Shown: piece after piece, positions 25,569-38,970 of the stretch | Numbering within the stretch: position 1 is the first letter of the stretch | Layout: each line of letters starts with the position of its first letter | Assembly (NCBI GenBank): GCA_025201805.1 | Contig: MU619241.1 | Location: forward strand, 90,368 to 154,367 | Direction of reading: 5' to 3' | Length of the DNA: 64,000 nt | From: Parasitella parasitica NRRL 2501 | Lineage: Eukaryota > Fungi > Mucoromycota | Translations under genes and position numbers: made by a program | The notes under the pieces: generated by a model | Database searches by the model: none | Told to the model about the DNA's origin: nothing | What the model saw: only the letters and a program-made list of their open reading frames with translations

Positions 25569-27760
25569 TTAAACTGCTTCATCCGAATTTGTGGTTGCAA
25601 AATGGGTAATTGAAGATGAAGGTCCGCTTCCGCCACCAGTTCTTTTCTTATTGTTATTTGTAATGTCCGTATCCATTGGGTCATCCACAATCATATCGCT
25701 GCTACTTTGGTTTGATGCATTTGAGCTTGATCTTCTTCTTAGTTGGTTGTTATTATTTGGGTAAGGGCAGCATGAATTAAGCATATCTTGCTGTTCTTGC
25801 TGATCTGTATTGTTACTATTCGTGGTTGTAGTTGTACTGTTTTGACTTAAATGAAGATGTGATAATTCACTGCTCATCATACTAGGTGAGGCTGTTCCAT
25901 TGTTATTTGAAGTGGTGTTATTTGAAACACAGCGTAGAGGAAGATGGTGAAGGTGATGAAGGTGGTGATGGTGGTGATGATGGTGATGGTGAAGATGATG
26001 TTGATCAGGGGAAGCAGATCGACGGTTACTTGTGTTGATCAGGGTACAAGTATTTGATGTGGACGATGCATCCACATTTAAATTAGCAATTGAGCTAGCT
26101 TCATTATTATTAGAAACCATATCTGAACCATTTTGATCTAGTAAATCAGGTGTAGACAAACGAAGTCTTTTTATGTCATTTACATCGTTACTAGATGTTC
26201 TACGATGGTGTCTTCTACTGGAAGTTGTGCTGCTGCTATTGTTTGATTCCATCAGTGGGGAAACTGTCCCTGTAACTGTCGTCATGTCCTCAGTGCTTGC
26301 TGATGAGGATGTAGCAGCAGTGCTTGGAGAAGCGCTGCCAGACGCATTCTCCATGATAACATCATTGTCGGGATGTGTATTCTCTGCAACTAACAAAGAA
26401 GTAGAGCAAGGAGTCGAGGGCGGAGGAGGTGCCACAACAATAGATTGATCTGTGTTTACAACAGGGATGCTACTTGATGATGCTGCCGCTGCTAAAGATG
26501 TTGACAAAGCAGATGGGGATAGCAGAGAATTGTTATTATCAGAAACGTCACTAGCAGTAGTAGATGGAACCCCACGCTTTTTTCTGAGCTTAGCACCCAG
26601 AGTCTCTCTTTCCTTTCTAGCAGCTTCTTGAAGCATGACACATTTCACTTTATAATCAATATTGGCTGGGCTTTGAAGATACATAAAAAATTCAGACAAT
26701 TTTGAGAAATCCCATTCTTTTGTAAATGCTCTTAAGAATCTTTCTCTTTGAAAACTTGATGTCGTTGTATAAGGTGCAGATGATAAGACCATTGTAATCA
26801 GTGTGGTTGTATACTGCGTTGCCCAACTATGTGTCAAGTGACGCAAAAGGTGCGCTCGCCGTAGGTCACCTATTTTTGTTAATTTGTTTAAGGGGGAAGG
26901 AGATGAAAAACCATACATTTTATAAATGTAATAATGCAAAGGAGATAAAGAAGATGGTAAATAAATGTTAATATCATCATGTCTACTATTTAGGGGAAGA
27001 CCCTATACAAGCGAATGTATTACTTGCCTGCTTCATCACACCAGTCTACGGTCACATGTCGCACTAGAGTACTTATACTCTCTAGACGCCAATCGCTTAT
27101 AAGCCATTTCAAAGCATTTATAATACGAACCAAAGGATATTCATTAGCGATGCGATGCAAATACATGGCAGTGACCAGGACATTTTCTTCTGATTTTAAC
27201 CAAGAATAAAATGAAGCATCGTACAATTGATCCATACATTTAATATTGCGATAAACATCTTTCCAATTATCTTCAGTTGAATCCTTCAATACCATTGGTT
27301 TGTTCAGATTGCAATTGGCTGTGGTAGCACTCGTGAATGTGTGTGATGTGGTTGCGGATGTGGTGATGTTTGTGGATGATGTTGTTGTTGATATTGTTGA
27401 TGCTGCTGTAGATGCTGCTGTAATACCTACTGCAGTAATATTTATGGTTGGTAAAAATAAAAAAAAATTTCTTTATTTGGTTGTCATAGCAACCAATAAA
27501 CAAATAACTTGATACTTACAAGGACATCTATTTGATTTTGTGCCTGCCCATTCAGCTACAGTCAGCCCATGAAGCGGCGTACGAGAAGGTAAATGAAAAT
27601 CCAATTCTTGCGAAGGAGGTGAAGTGGGTATATAATGTAAAAAAGGGGCAGTTAATAGCGGTATATCACTAGTGTGTGTATTGGATCTTGAAGAGGATGA
27701 GGAAGACGTAGCAATAGATGTAATATTATTCGGCGGCAAGGCTGAAGAGTGACTAGGCAT
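25569..27760 (-). CDS. Uncharacterised protein: central helical domain with low-complexity Ser/Thr/Asn/His regions, 3 exons (second intron GC-AG)
   Basis: Exons join in frame (..NRCPL|GIT..WKDVYRNIKCMDQLYD..VDWCDEAG|DLRRAHLL..). Intron 26870-27027 starts with gcaagt. Confidence 0.8.
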
Positions 27761-27976
27761 GATTCTGCGATATAAAGAGAAAGCGAAAGAGAAAGAAAGT
27801 AGAAAGAGGAATAAGAAAAAAGAAAAAAGAAAAAAAGAGGGAAGATATAAATATCCCTGTTTTCCCTATACTTGCTGATATATAGTGAGTCCGACTCAAA
27901 CCGAATCAACACAAACAAAAGAGACATTTGAACTGGCTGCTCGTTGTGCAACCCCCACAAGCGCTTTATTTGGTAT

Positions 27977-28595
27977 TTATAACTTTGTGGATGGTGTGCT
28001 ACCATATCTTGGAATAGATCTCTGACTAGATCGAGTGTTTCTAACAAAATAACCACTGCTGGGGTGGTAACTAGACTCTCCATGATTTAACCAAGAATAT
28101 TGATGATCGTTATTTTGACTTGATAAGAGTGCCATGTAGGTTTCCTCCTCCCTTGTTTCGCGATCAATGATAAAACTCAAAATAACTGACACTAATAATG
28201 CGATCAACTAGAGCTGAAATGAGTATCCACTCAATTCATCAGTAGATGTAGTTACCTGTGTTGCTAATAGAAAGATTACCGCAATCGTTATATATTGATG
28301 GCACTGTTGAATACGACTGACCACTGCTTGTTTGCATCCGATATCTACACTCAAAGCGGCTGCACATGTCTTTGGAACAGCTCTGTCCTGTATTGATTCA
28401 TAGCCACAGCATTTAATGCTGCGAAACAAACTCAATGTTTGTCTGGCATGGCTTTGCTTATTGTCCTTACCTTTGCTCTAATTCCAGTAGAAATCTAGAA
28501 TCTTTTTGCTGGAAAAAATCCCAAGATTTGCTTCCATAATTGTCGAGCTAATTAAGAAAAAACAATGAATGGGTTAAGGAGTGAATACATTATGC

Positions 28596-28659
<64 letters not shown>

Positions 28660-29144
28660 CTTTCTTGATTTACTTGTGTTTGGTGAGTGTAGGCCAATCC
28701 CATAATAACTGCTTGATTGCTTAGTACAATAAACGATGTATTAAGTCATAAACCTTACTCAATTCTAGTATTAGCGCAATTGCAGTTATGCTGCTATATG
28801 TATTCAAAAACCCTGTGTGTTCCAAATGTGCACCAAAACATCCAATAAAGCTTGCTAATGTGATGATCCCACCCAGCACTAACAATGCAATGGATATTGT
28901 TTTGCTTGTCGCCGAGTTGATTAAATATGCACCTTTTCTCTCTAGGTAAGTTTTTGGCGTCTATTTATTTCATTCAATAATGTGCTGTACCTATGGATGT
29001 GATGGCAAGGCCGATAAACTGTTGCGGTATGAGTGTCTGATGTCGTTAACAAAGTGGGACTTATTTTACCATCATACACAGCTGAAAAGAACCGACATAT
29101 TCACGTAAGGTTTGAGACCTTTTATACATTGCTCGATCGTCCAT
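27977..29144 (-). CDS. Tetraspanin-family protein, about 7 exons
   Basis: Four hydrophobic segments; SFIGCFGA in TM2; large loop with IKCCGY..PKTC..DIGC; canonical splice sites reconstructed by eye. Confidence 0.8.
28598..28659 (+). repeat. About 60-nt poly-T homopolymer in a tetraspanin intron
   Basis: Seen directly. Confidence 0.95.
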
Positions 29145-29314
29145 TTTATTACAGTGTGTATACAAAGAGATTCTTTGTTTTTTGTTTGATTAAAAATACA
29201 GATTAGAAAGAGGGAAAAAAAGGGGGTGGGAGGGGGTTTAGAAACGAAGAAAAATACAAGCTACGCAATGGGAACAAACAAAAATTCACAAACACTGCTG
29301 ACATTATGCAAAAC

Positions 29315-29878
29315 TTAAATGTAACCATTCACTTGTAGCGTTTTTTTGCCATAAATGACAGTGTTTAAAGTGACAGCGCCGAGTAAAGCAATTGGGATAG
29401 GCTTCATGGATTTCATGGCAGTCTTTGCATTCAAGAAACTCCACGACAAACACCAAGCTACTTGCTTGTAAGTCTCTAATGTAACCGTAATCCTAAATTT
29501 ATCTTACCCATTGCAATTCCAGATCCATTCTCTGCATCACCTGCATTAGTCACATAACTATATTCCAGATACTGAATCGCACAACTCTCCATTCTGTTTC
29601 TACAAACTTACCCTGCTCCAGCAAAGATGCCCGTAAATGCCATGGTTTGAAACAAGCCTGGAATGCCTGGAGACTTTCGAACAGAAAGCGGCAACGTTGC
29701 CAATGCTATATCAGAATATTAGATGGCCATATCATCCAAATCCTTGCTGTACATTTGTATTACTGGCAGCTGACAATGCCCACATAGGGTAGGGCGACTC
29801 TGACTGTTTGTCAATCCATGTGCTTAACTTGTCCTGTACAGACGGTCCTGCTGTTGCTGCTGCTGATTCGGTTGACAT
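29315..29878 (-). CDS. AIM19-like small mitochondrial membrane protein, 4 exons
   Basis: MSTES..ESPYPMWALSA..TMAFTGIFAGAG|YVTNAGDAENGSGIAM|AWCLSWSFLN..NTVIYGKK; GDxENGSGI..AW is the Aim19 pattern. Confidence 0.75.
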
Positions 29879-31016
29879 GCTTCAGGGTAATACTTGAAAG
29901 AAACCTTGTATTGCTCAGGGGTACAATAGATGCCAGGCTTTTGTCAAAGAAAATGTGACGTTCATTGCTATGTATGCACCGAGCTGGTCTGCATGTTGTT
30001 TTGAATGATCCCAATGATTTACAATCCGCAAAGAGATGCTTTGGTCTGATTAGTCGACATAAAAATGCTATCGTCGTAATTTGTGTTTGATCAATAGCGT
30101 GCATATTATTTTATGCATGCAAGATTAGATACAATGGCTGACGAAACTTGAAATGCTAGTAACCACCATCTAGCTTTTTGTATCATGCTGACATGGCCTT
30201 GTCCCATAGCATAGCTTCTCAACAAGAACTGCTCATTTGAGAGACTTACATTCTTTACTGGCCATCTTTATTGTTATTTCGAATGCCATTAGACCTTAAT
30301 ACTGACTAGCCGCAGCTAGCACAACGGACTGCAACTCAACTTGTAAGTGTAAGCCTTCTCCTGCGGGCGAAAAGGTATTTAAAAAGGGGAAAATGCTCGG
30401 ATACAAATTTCGGCGATCTGTAAGAATCGAGGTCAAGTACAGTACCTAACAATACCTTTTGGAAATATATTTTGCACTAGTATAGAATATCCAAAGTTTA
30501 TAGCAAAACCATCCTGCTGCGATCTATCAGTATACCTCATCATGATTCAAACCTTGGTCGTGGTTCGTGACGGTAATGGCATGCCAGGTTGATTTTGTCA
30601 CCCCAAAAAGACAATAGCAGCATTTCCCTTCGATAAACAAGACACAGTACATTAAGGATAGGCCTACAATCATTAGGTATAGTTGCGACAGCATAAACAA
30701 ATGCAAAAATTAGTTTTGGTTAGTATTTGGAACATTTAATAGTGGCCCATTGTAGAGATTTTTCATAAATGCGTTCATCTCTTTGAACCAACTATTAATA
30801 CAATAGATAGTCGGGTATTGAGGGAAATTTCATAATTACAATCTTTCACAAAGCAGTGGCAATAACAGTGGTACAGGATGTATCAACTGCAGAACCAGCA
30901 GCTACAAACACTGCTTTGTTGATAGCAGCTTAAGCAAAAAAAAAAGTGTTTCGGGCTTGTTGTTGTTTCGCTCTCTGCTACCTTCTTTTCTCTATATCTT
31001 GACTCTTTTATCGGTC

Positions 31017-33768
31017 ATGTCTGATATTGATGCACCATTGATTCCAAAAAGAACACACGATCCAGAAGATCCAGAAGATTACAACCAAGAACAGCACAGT
31101 TTTGATGAGGACGATGAGCAGGAGAGACGTACCACAGATTACGGCACTGAAGTATACCCTTATCCAGCACATCTTCAGCCTGGTCATTTCACATCTCTGG
31201 AAAAGCTGTTCTTTTTCCTCTGTTCGCTTTTATTGATTCTGCTGTTCGTTTTCGTGGGGCTGTATGCAAGAAGCAGCCAAAAAGAAGACGATGATCCAGC
31301 GTCCAGAATGCCCTCACCCAAGACACCAAAGAATCATACTAAAGATCAGGTACAGCGAATCGACGGTTTTATGAGATTATACATGATTATTTATTTGTTT
31401 GTGTTTCTTCTTTTATAGTCTTATTGTTTGGATTACAGCTGTATCATCACTGCTGCTCATATCTTACAGGCAAGTTGGTGTCTTTTCGCTGAATGCTTGT
31501 AGTAACATTTTCTTAGGATGTGGATCGCGAATTGGATCCTTGCGATGATTTTTATGCGTACACTTGTAAGCCTTGTTTTCCGTTTGATATCTCATGTAGT
31601 TGACTGTTTGTTGTATATTGTAGGCAGTAAATGGGTTCAAAGCCATTTGATACCAGATGTTAGATCAAGGATTGACGCTTACACAATGACAACTGATGCC
31701 ATTCATCATCGGTTGGATCAGATCCTGAGCCGAGATTTTGACAGATTCAACCCAACTGAAAAGGAAGATGTCTTTTTACCCAGCCCTGATCGCATTCTCG
31801 ACAGACAATTGTTCATCAAATTAAGCGACTTTTACCAATCCTGCATGAATCAGGATGCTATCGAAGAAGCAGGTGTAGCACCATTGTACGATATATTTCG
31901 CACCATTCGCCAATTGATTCCTTTGGATCAACCCGTTCATTCAGATAATCTGCATAATACATTAGCATTCTTGTCAGATCGAGAAATATGGGCACTTTTT
32001 GAAATGAAGACCCTACCTGACTCTCTACATCCAACCAAACCCAGTCTTTCTTTATCGCAGGGACAATTAGGCCTACCTCATAGAGAACTATACGATGATC
32101 CCGAAATCATTTCGGTTTACATGCATGTAGTGACCTCCTTGTTGGATATCATATTCAAACAGGACACAGATAACGAATTTGGCTGGAAAACATGGAGTAC
32201 CATTGCAACAGCGCGCCGCATTGTAGAATTTGAAAAGAAACTGGCGCTAGCAACATTCACTGATGCCCAGCATCCTGAGAGATGGAGTGTGGAGCGACTA
32301 CAGAACGAGGCGCCCAACATTGATTGGCAATCTTTTATCAAGCATCATACAGCCTTGCCTGATCATATTCTAATTCCAACGCCAACGTTTATTGCAAATT
32401 ACAATGAAGCTTTGAGATCATCTAATGGACGCACGCTGCAAATGTATTTGATTTGGCGGACCATTTGGAAATATCTCGATGTCATGGGAGAAGAGCTTGT
32501 AGCGCCTAAAAGAAAATTAGACGCTAAATTGAGTGGGATTGAGCCAAGGGCAAAGCCTGAACGTCGTGACACTTGTATTGAGCTGATTGATCATAGTGCA
32601 ATGGGTTTGTTGATGGGTCGATACTTTGTAATGGATCACCAACAGCAACAAATAGCCCAAGCTAAATCAAAAATAGAGGAAATGGGGCACATGATTGTAA
32701 AAATACTGCAGAATCGTGTGCCTTATTTAGGGTGGGTACCGAAGGACGATGGGACTACTCGCAATGAAATCTTGACCAAACTGCAGCATATCGAATTTGA
32801 AATAGGATTCTCTACTGCAGAACCCAGTATCCACAATGTCATTTCTTTAGCCGAGTATTTTGGAGATGTTGTAATTGTTAAGGATAGTTTTTTTGACAAC
32901 ATGATGAGAAATAACAAGCATCGCGTAAGGCAAACTTGGAGGTCGCTGAGCCAGACCACTGTTGACAAGCATGCATGGAAGATAAATGCTCAGAGTGTAG
33001 ATATTTCGTATAACAGGGAGCTGAACAAAGTAAGCCAGTAGATAAAAGGGAGTTTGCAGTATCTGAGTCCTATCTGCTTAGGTGATTATTCCTGGCGGCT
33101 TGTTGCAGCTGCCATATTTTGATCCAAACGGACCTCAGTATTTGTATTTCGGAACAATTGGGTGGCTGATTGGTCACGAAATCATGGTAAGTGGAGACAC
33201 CCTCCAATCATATGAAGTAAACCAGCTCGTCTGACCCCACGTGGTTTGTTAATATAGCATGGATTTGATACAATCGGAAGGAACTACAATGTGGAGGGAA
33301 TATTCGGACAGTGGTGGACAAATGACACGATTCAGCAGCTAGATTCTCAAAACAAATGCTTGATAGATCAATACAATGCGTTCGGAATAAACGGAGAAAG
33401 AACGCTCGACAACAACTTTGCAGATCACGGTGGACTTTTGATAGAATATTTGGATGCTACTGCTACAACAATAGCAACAAAGATCCCCGGTTTAGATCCT
33501 TGGACAGAGGACCAGCTAAGTTACATACAGTTTGCTCGAATGAAGTGTAGTAAGAGTACCGCAGAACAACAGGTAAAAGTCAACTGGGAGCCACGACATC
33601 TATTATTTAGCTCATTTTTACTCGGTTTAGCTTCTTGTTAAGGACTATTCACCTGATCGACTTCGTGTGAATGGTCCATTGATCAATTCCAAGCATTTTT
33701 CCAAAACTTTTCGATGCAAGAAAGGCTCTTTTATGAACCCGAAAGATGAAAAATGTCGAGTTTGGTAA
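31017..33768 (+). CDS. M13 (neprilysin/ECE) family type II membrane metallopeptidase-like protein, probably inactive
   Basis: N-terminal TM segment, DPCDDFYAYTC, GHEIM|HGFD, C-terminal MNP..KCRVW; GC-AG intron at 31470-31516; other catalytic motifs are degenerate. Confidence 0.9.
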
Positions 33769-33871
33769 TAATTTTTCCCTCTTTTCTTTTTCCTTTTTTT
33801 TTTTTTCCTACATTTTATTTATATTTACATTGTAATATAATTTAATGATACCTTAGAAATAAAGTCTCAAT

Positions 33872-35562
33872 ATGAAATTCGGTAAACAGCTTGAAACTGA
33901 GGCGGAAGGTATCCCTTCAGAATGGAGACCCTATCTTATTCAATACAAAACTTTGAAAAAGCTCATTACTAAGGTTGCCGAGGAAATTGAAAGTAGGGGG
34001 CTCTCTACTTCCTTATTGCACGAATGCTTGGATGAAGATGGCCGTGTATCGTCTGCTGTCAAGGACGAGGAAGATGAAGGTATTCCTAAGATCAAGTACT
34101 ATTTTACAGGTAAGTTTGAATGGGACGTTCATTAGCAAAGACTCAAGCTTTGTTGCATTAGGTGAGCCGCCCAATGTCAAGCCTAATATAGAATTTATCT
34201 ACGATTCCGAAGAGCCCAAAGTTCAAAAAGCACTTTCAAGATTGCTATCATCGTCTGCTACAGCAGCAGCAGCATCAGATTATTTAGAAAGACCAAAGCT
34301 AGAATTCAAGAGGAGTCAAAACAACAAGGATTTCTTTTCTCTGTCAACCGATGCTGCTGCAACAAAAGGTGATACAACACTGGAAGATCAAGATGAACAC
34401 ATTTTGGTTAAAGCTCCGACCGTAAAACGACAACGACGAAGCTCGACGGTGACGCTGGTAAAAGAATTATTGATTTTGACTCTTGAGGAGAAAGATAGAA
34501 TCAAAGATAGAGAGTCAAGCGAGCGACTAGATTCAGAGGAAAATCGAGAAAAGCACGAAAAGCACATTAAAACATTAGTTGTCGAATTGGAACAGGATGA
34601 TGAATTTTTCAAATTTTTGATGGAAGAACTACAACAAGCTAATATGCTGCAGAATTTCACCTCGCAAAAATTTCAGCATAATATCTCTGATCTTGAAATG
34701 AGAATGACAAAAGTTGCTGCGCCAACGCAAAAAACAGACATGTACAACTGGCGCAAAATATTTTCCATTTACATGGACGCACAGATCTTTCAGGGCAATG
34801 CAGAATCAGATCGAACATTTCGTTCAGTAGAGAGAGCTAAAAAGCAAATGGCCTGGTTTATTGAACAACTTGGAAAAACTCGATTACTCAACAAGCTTAA
34901 ATCTAAAGAATCCAAGTCTGCATTCGAGCAATTTGTCGCTTTAAACACTGAGCTAATTACTATGAAGCATTATCAAATGCTGAATCAAACTGCGATGCGG
35001 AAAATCCTCAAGAAACACGACAAGAGAAGTGGACTGACTGCAAGCCAAAGCTTCCTGGAAATTGTATCTACAGACGCGCTATTTAGTCCAAAGCTGGCAA
35101 ATATGTTGTATGCCACCATCACCTCCAAAGTGACAACAATTATACCACAACCCGAAGATTATGGTAACATTTGCGGTGCCTGTGAAGAGTATATATAACT
35201 GAATCAATTATTATGTAGCTTGTCCAGTTTGTATGTCTGTAGCATGGAGACCCATTCGATTGGCGTGTAGTCATGTCTTTTGTGTTCGCTGTCTCATCAA
35301 AGCACAAAAGAAGAAAATGGATAGCTGTCCACTATGCCGCCATCCCACAGCTGTGAGATCCGCCACTGCTCTAAATTTAGATGAAGGTTTACAGAACTTT
35401 CTCAAGCTTTATTTTCCACATGAGATCAAAGAAAAGAAGCGGGAGAATGAGCGTGAACAAGCAATTGAGGATGTGCAAGCAATGACTGGAAAGAAATACA
35501 CCGAAGAACAGCTGATAAGATTGAGCCAAAATCAATCTGATGCAAAATGTAACATCATGTAA
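33872..35562 (+). CDS. SPX-RING E3 ubiquitin ligase (Pqr1/NLA-like), 3 exons
   Basis: MKFGKQL..EWRPYLIQYKTLKKLI, LNQTAMRKILKKHDK (SPX); CPVC..CSHVFCVRC..CPLCR (C3HC4 RING). Confidence 0.92.
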
Positions 35563-35695
35563 AATAGATACAGTAATTTATTATAAAGTCAAATAAAAAG
35601 ATCAAGGTAGTTGGTATATTTTTGTTGTATATTTTATACGTATTTACAAAAAAAAAAGAAAGAAAAACGCACACACACACAAACTGTTGACCAGT

Positions 35696-36338
35696 TCATG
35701 GCTGATAAGGAGGTGGGGGTAATAGTGGATTAGGCGAAGATGAGGAAGGACTGGACAAAGATATTGCGGTAATATCTAAATTTCGATCAACATTCAATTT
35801 TCTTTCATGTTGTTGTTGTGCCTTTTGTTGCTGTAGCAACCTCAATTGCAATTGATATTGTTGCATCATTGGACTCACATCTTCCACATGAGTAACTGCT
35901 GGTTTAGGTGGTTCAACATGACTATCAAAATCACTTGCAAACTGACCAAATCTCAGATTATTGCAGTTTTCAATACTTGTTTGAACCATGCTGTTTTCAA
36001 TGTCGCTCGTTACATTGGCAGCCAATTCTTTTCTGCTCTGTGAGCTACGACGATTTCGCTTTCTTCTGCACATGAGGAATATAGTAACTGCCATTGCAAT
36101 AGCACCAACAATACCAATGACAGCGGCGATTATATGTACCGTATTAAATGCAGGTGTATGTTCTGTATGTGTTGCAAATGTAGAGCCTCCTGAGGCTGAT
36201 CTTTTAACATGATTGTTGTGAATATAGGTTACACTAACGAAAAAAAAAATCAGTCAAGTTTTCTACTTTCTTCTTTTCATATAAAAGAAATCACCTATTG
36301 ACATGATTATTATAATCATTCTGTATTGGAATTATCAT
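35696..36338 (-). CDS. Single-pass membrane protein with a C-terminal PPPY motif, 2 exons
   Basis: TM segment IIAAVIGIVGAIAMAVTIFLMC followed by RRKRNRR; ends LPPPPYQP. Confidence 0.7.
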
Positions 36339-36834
36339 CGGTTTTATAGCTGAGCTTTTATTATATAGATTGTTGTATTTGAAAATGTCGTAATGCTTAA
36401 AAAACAAGCTGGGTATGGTAAACGGCCTTAATTTCCAAGTTGAGCAGCAGAAGATGATATGAATACAAGAAAGAGAAGAAGGAAGAAAGGAAGATTGTCA
36501 TAAACGACATTTTATGGGTGTTTCGGGCTTACAAAAAGTAGCTAGAAGGTAAGGAACGTCAGGAAGATACTTATGAAAGTTAATTTTACAAGCACTGCGA
36601 AAGTACGGAAATCTGTGATGAGCTTTAGGTAACCATCTACTGCAAAAAATTGGTAACAGTATTTGATTGGTTAATGTAAAACACATTTATCAGGGACCCC
36701 TTTTGTGATTTAGGCCTCTCTCCTTATACTAAACAATTAGGTTGCTTATAATAGTAATGCAATAAAGTGAAATTCATCTTGTTGAAGCCTTCTTTCTTTT
36801 TCTCCCCTTTGTAAAATTTATTTTGCGACGCAAG

Positions 36835-37682
36835 ATGCTACTAAAAAGATTGCAATCCCTATTTAATGATAATAAATCTATCAAGTAACTACATTTTCTC
36901 GCATTAATCTTGTGTTATAAAATGAATATTATTATTTACACACGCAAACAAAAAAAAAACATATTTGTTATTTTTAGAGCTCAAGTGTATTCTCAAGAAT
37001 CTATTCAACAGGTAATAAAAGAAAGGAAAGAAGAAAGCCACTCTCCTATTTTTCTAGAAATTTAATATTATTGTGCGCTTTATAGTCAGCAGCTTCTTTG
37101 CCTTGTTCCATTGCAAGATCAAATTTAAAAGACCAACAAATAGATCAGCATGTTCAATCTGGTATTCATCATCATGAATTAGGTCAGTTGGAAAAAGCAA
37201 CACATTGTTTTCGATTAGCATCAAAAGAAGGCTGCCCAATTGGAATGTTCTTGTATGGTATATCTTTGCGACATGGATGGGGTTGTAAACCAAATACCTC
37301 TCTTGCATTTCAATATCTACAGACAGCAGCAAAGCATGCCGTAGAGGATCTTCTGCATGGAGATGAATACGCACTTGCATCAAAAGGTGAACTGATCATG
37401 GCTATTTACGAATTGGGTGTCTCATTCCAACAAGGTTGGGGCGTTACCAAAAGCAAAGAAACTGCATTTTATTACTTTGAAATCGCTGCAAATCTGGGCG
37501 ATTGTGATGCCATGAATGATTTAGCATTTTGCTATATTCATGGCCATGGCGTAAAAAAAAATGTTTACAAAGCTGCCCAATTTTACAGAATGGCTGCAAA
37601 CCAGGGTCATGGCCAAATAGGAAACTCATGGATTTGGAAAGACAAATATAATATTGTAGATGATCCTGACTGGGGCAAATGA
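36835..37682 (+). CDS. Sel1-like repeat protein (DSF2-like), 3 exons
   Basis: GMFLYGISLRHGWGC, IYELGVSFQQGWGV, AMNDLAFCYIHGHGVKK, GNSWIWKDKY. Confidence 0.88.
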
Positions 37683-38554
37683 GTGTTTATTGAACAAGTT
37701 ATCTCTGCCTCAATGTATAACCACACTTTTAATCTTAGTTACGCAGCTACCTATTTGTGTTTACTGCTCTCCTTTATCTTTTTTTTTATTGCTCTTCTCG
37801 TTGTGTTTCATTGGTTATTTATTATATTATTTAAATATGATGCTAGAATCAATTCACTCCTTGACGTATAATAGAGTCAAAAGATTAATAAACACGACAA
37901 GTGTCAAACTATTACCATCATTTATATGCATCACATTTTGGATGATTCCCCTGGATATCATAGCAACATGTTTTATTGCAATAAGCAACATTCAAAACTA
38001 TATCAAATATAACCACAGCATAGCAAAATTTTAAATTAAAAAGTGAACTTATGCATCGCACTGATATTTTATACATTAACAGAGAGAATTCATTTTTAAT
38101 GCACAGAACACTTTTCTTTCTTCGTTAGCAGTTAATATATGTTACATTTATCAATACGGTACAAGCTGGTCTGTCCCGCTTCACAAATATCTTTAGTCTA
38201 TCATCGCGCAGCGCTTGATGATGGCAGCCTCTCAGTAAATAATTGTGATAATATATCTATTAAACCTTCACTTCACCACTATACGATGTAAACAAAAAAA
38301 TTTTGCTCATCAATATCAGTATGATAAACCACCTTTTCTGCTAACTCTATTTTGTAACAAAATATGCTTATAAAGAGATTCGTAGGCTACTATTAGTATT
38401 ACTTTTACCAAATAATCTGCAACACAGCTTGTAATATTTGATTACAGATAATATTTTGAGAGAGAGAGAGGCATTTTCTCGATTGCTTTTATGTGCATTG
38501 TCAATACTCAATGCTGCTAATTATCTTGATTTTCGTTTCGGTATTTTCTTGAAC

Positions 38555-38970
38555 TCAAGGAATTAAATGCTTCATTAGAGCTTTTACTTTCTTGAGAAGA
38601 GGTTTTACTCCCTTGGGCTCCCTCCTGCCGGTTCTAAAAGCGTTCTCTCCAGGTTCCTTTTGTCTACTCGTCGATGATTGATGGTGTTGCCCTGCAGACT
38701 CGTATTTCTGGAAATACTTGGTATTCTTTTCCTCATTTAAAACAGTAATAAGCGAATTATTTTTTAATATTTTAAATTGTGTCAGTATTTTACATTGCGC
38801 TAATAACTTCATCCCAGTTCCACACAACCAACAGGGATACATTGATCTAGTACATTGGCTCGTTTCGAGAATTTTAGAAAAATACAACAAATGAATTTTA
38901 AGCTTGGTCCGTTGCGTCTGGATCCTGCAATAAGCAATGATGTATTGCATACAGATCAAATATACCATAT
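38555..38970 (-). mobile_element. Decayed copy B of the dispersed repeat (Crypton-like relic)
   Basis: Shares tcgatgattgatggYgttgccYtgcaga with 50971-50998 and about 65 nt with 24520-24586. Broken frames include CLLQD.. and CRATPSIIDE. Confidence 0.55.
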
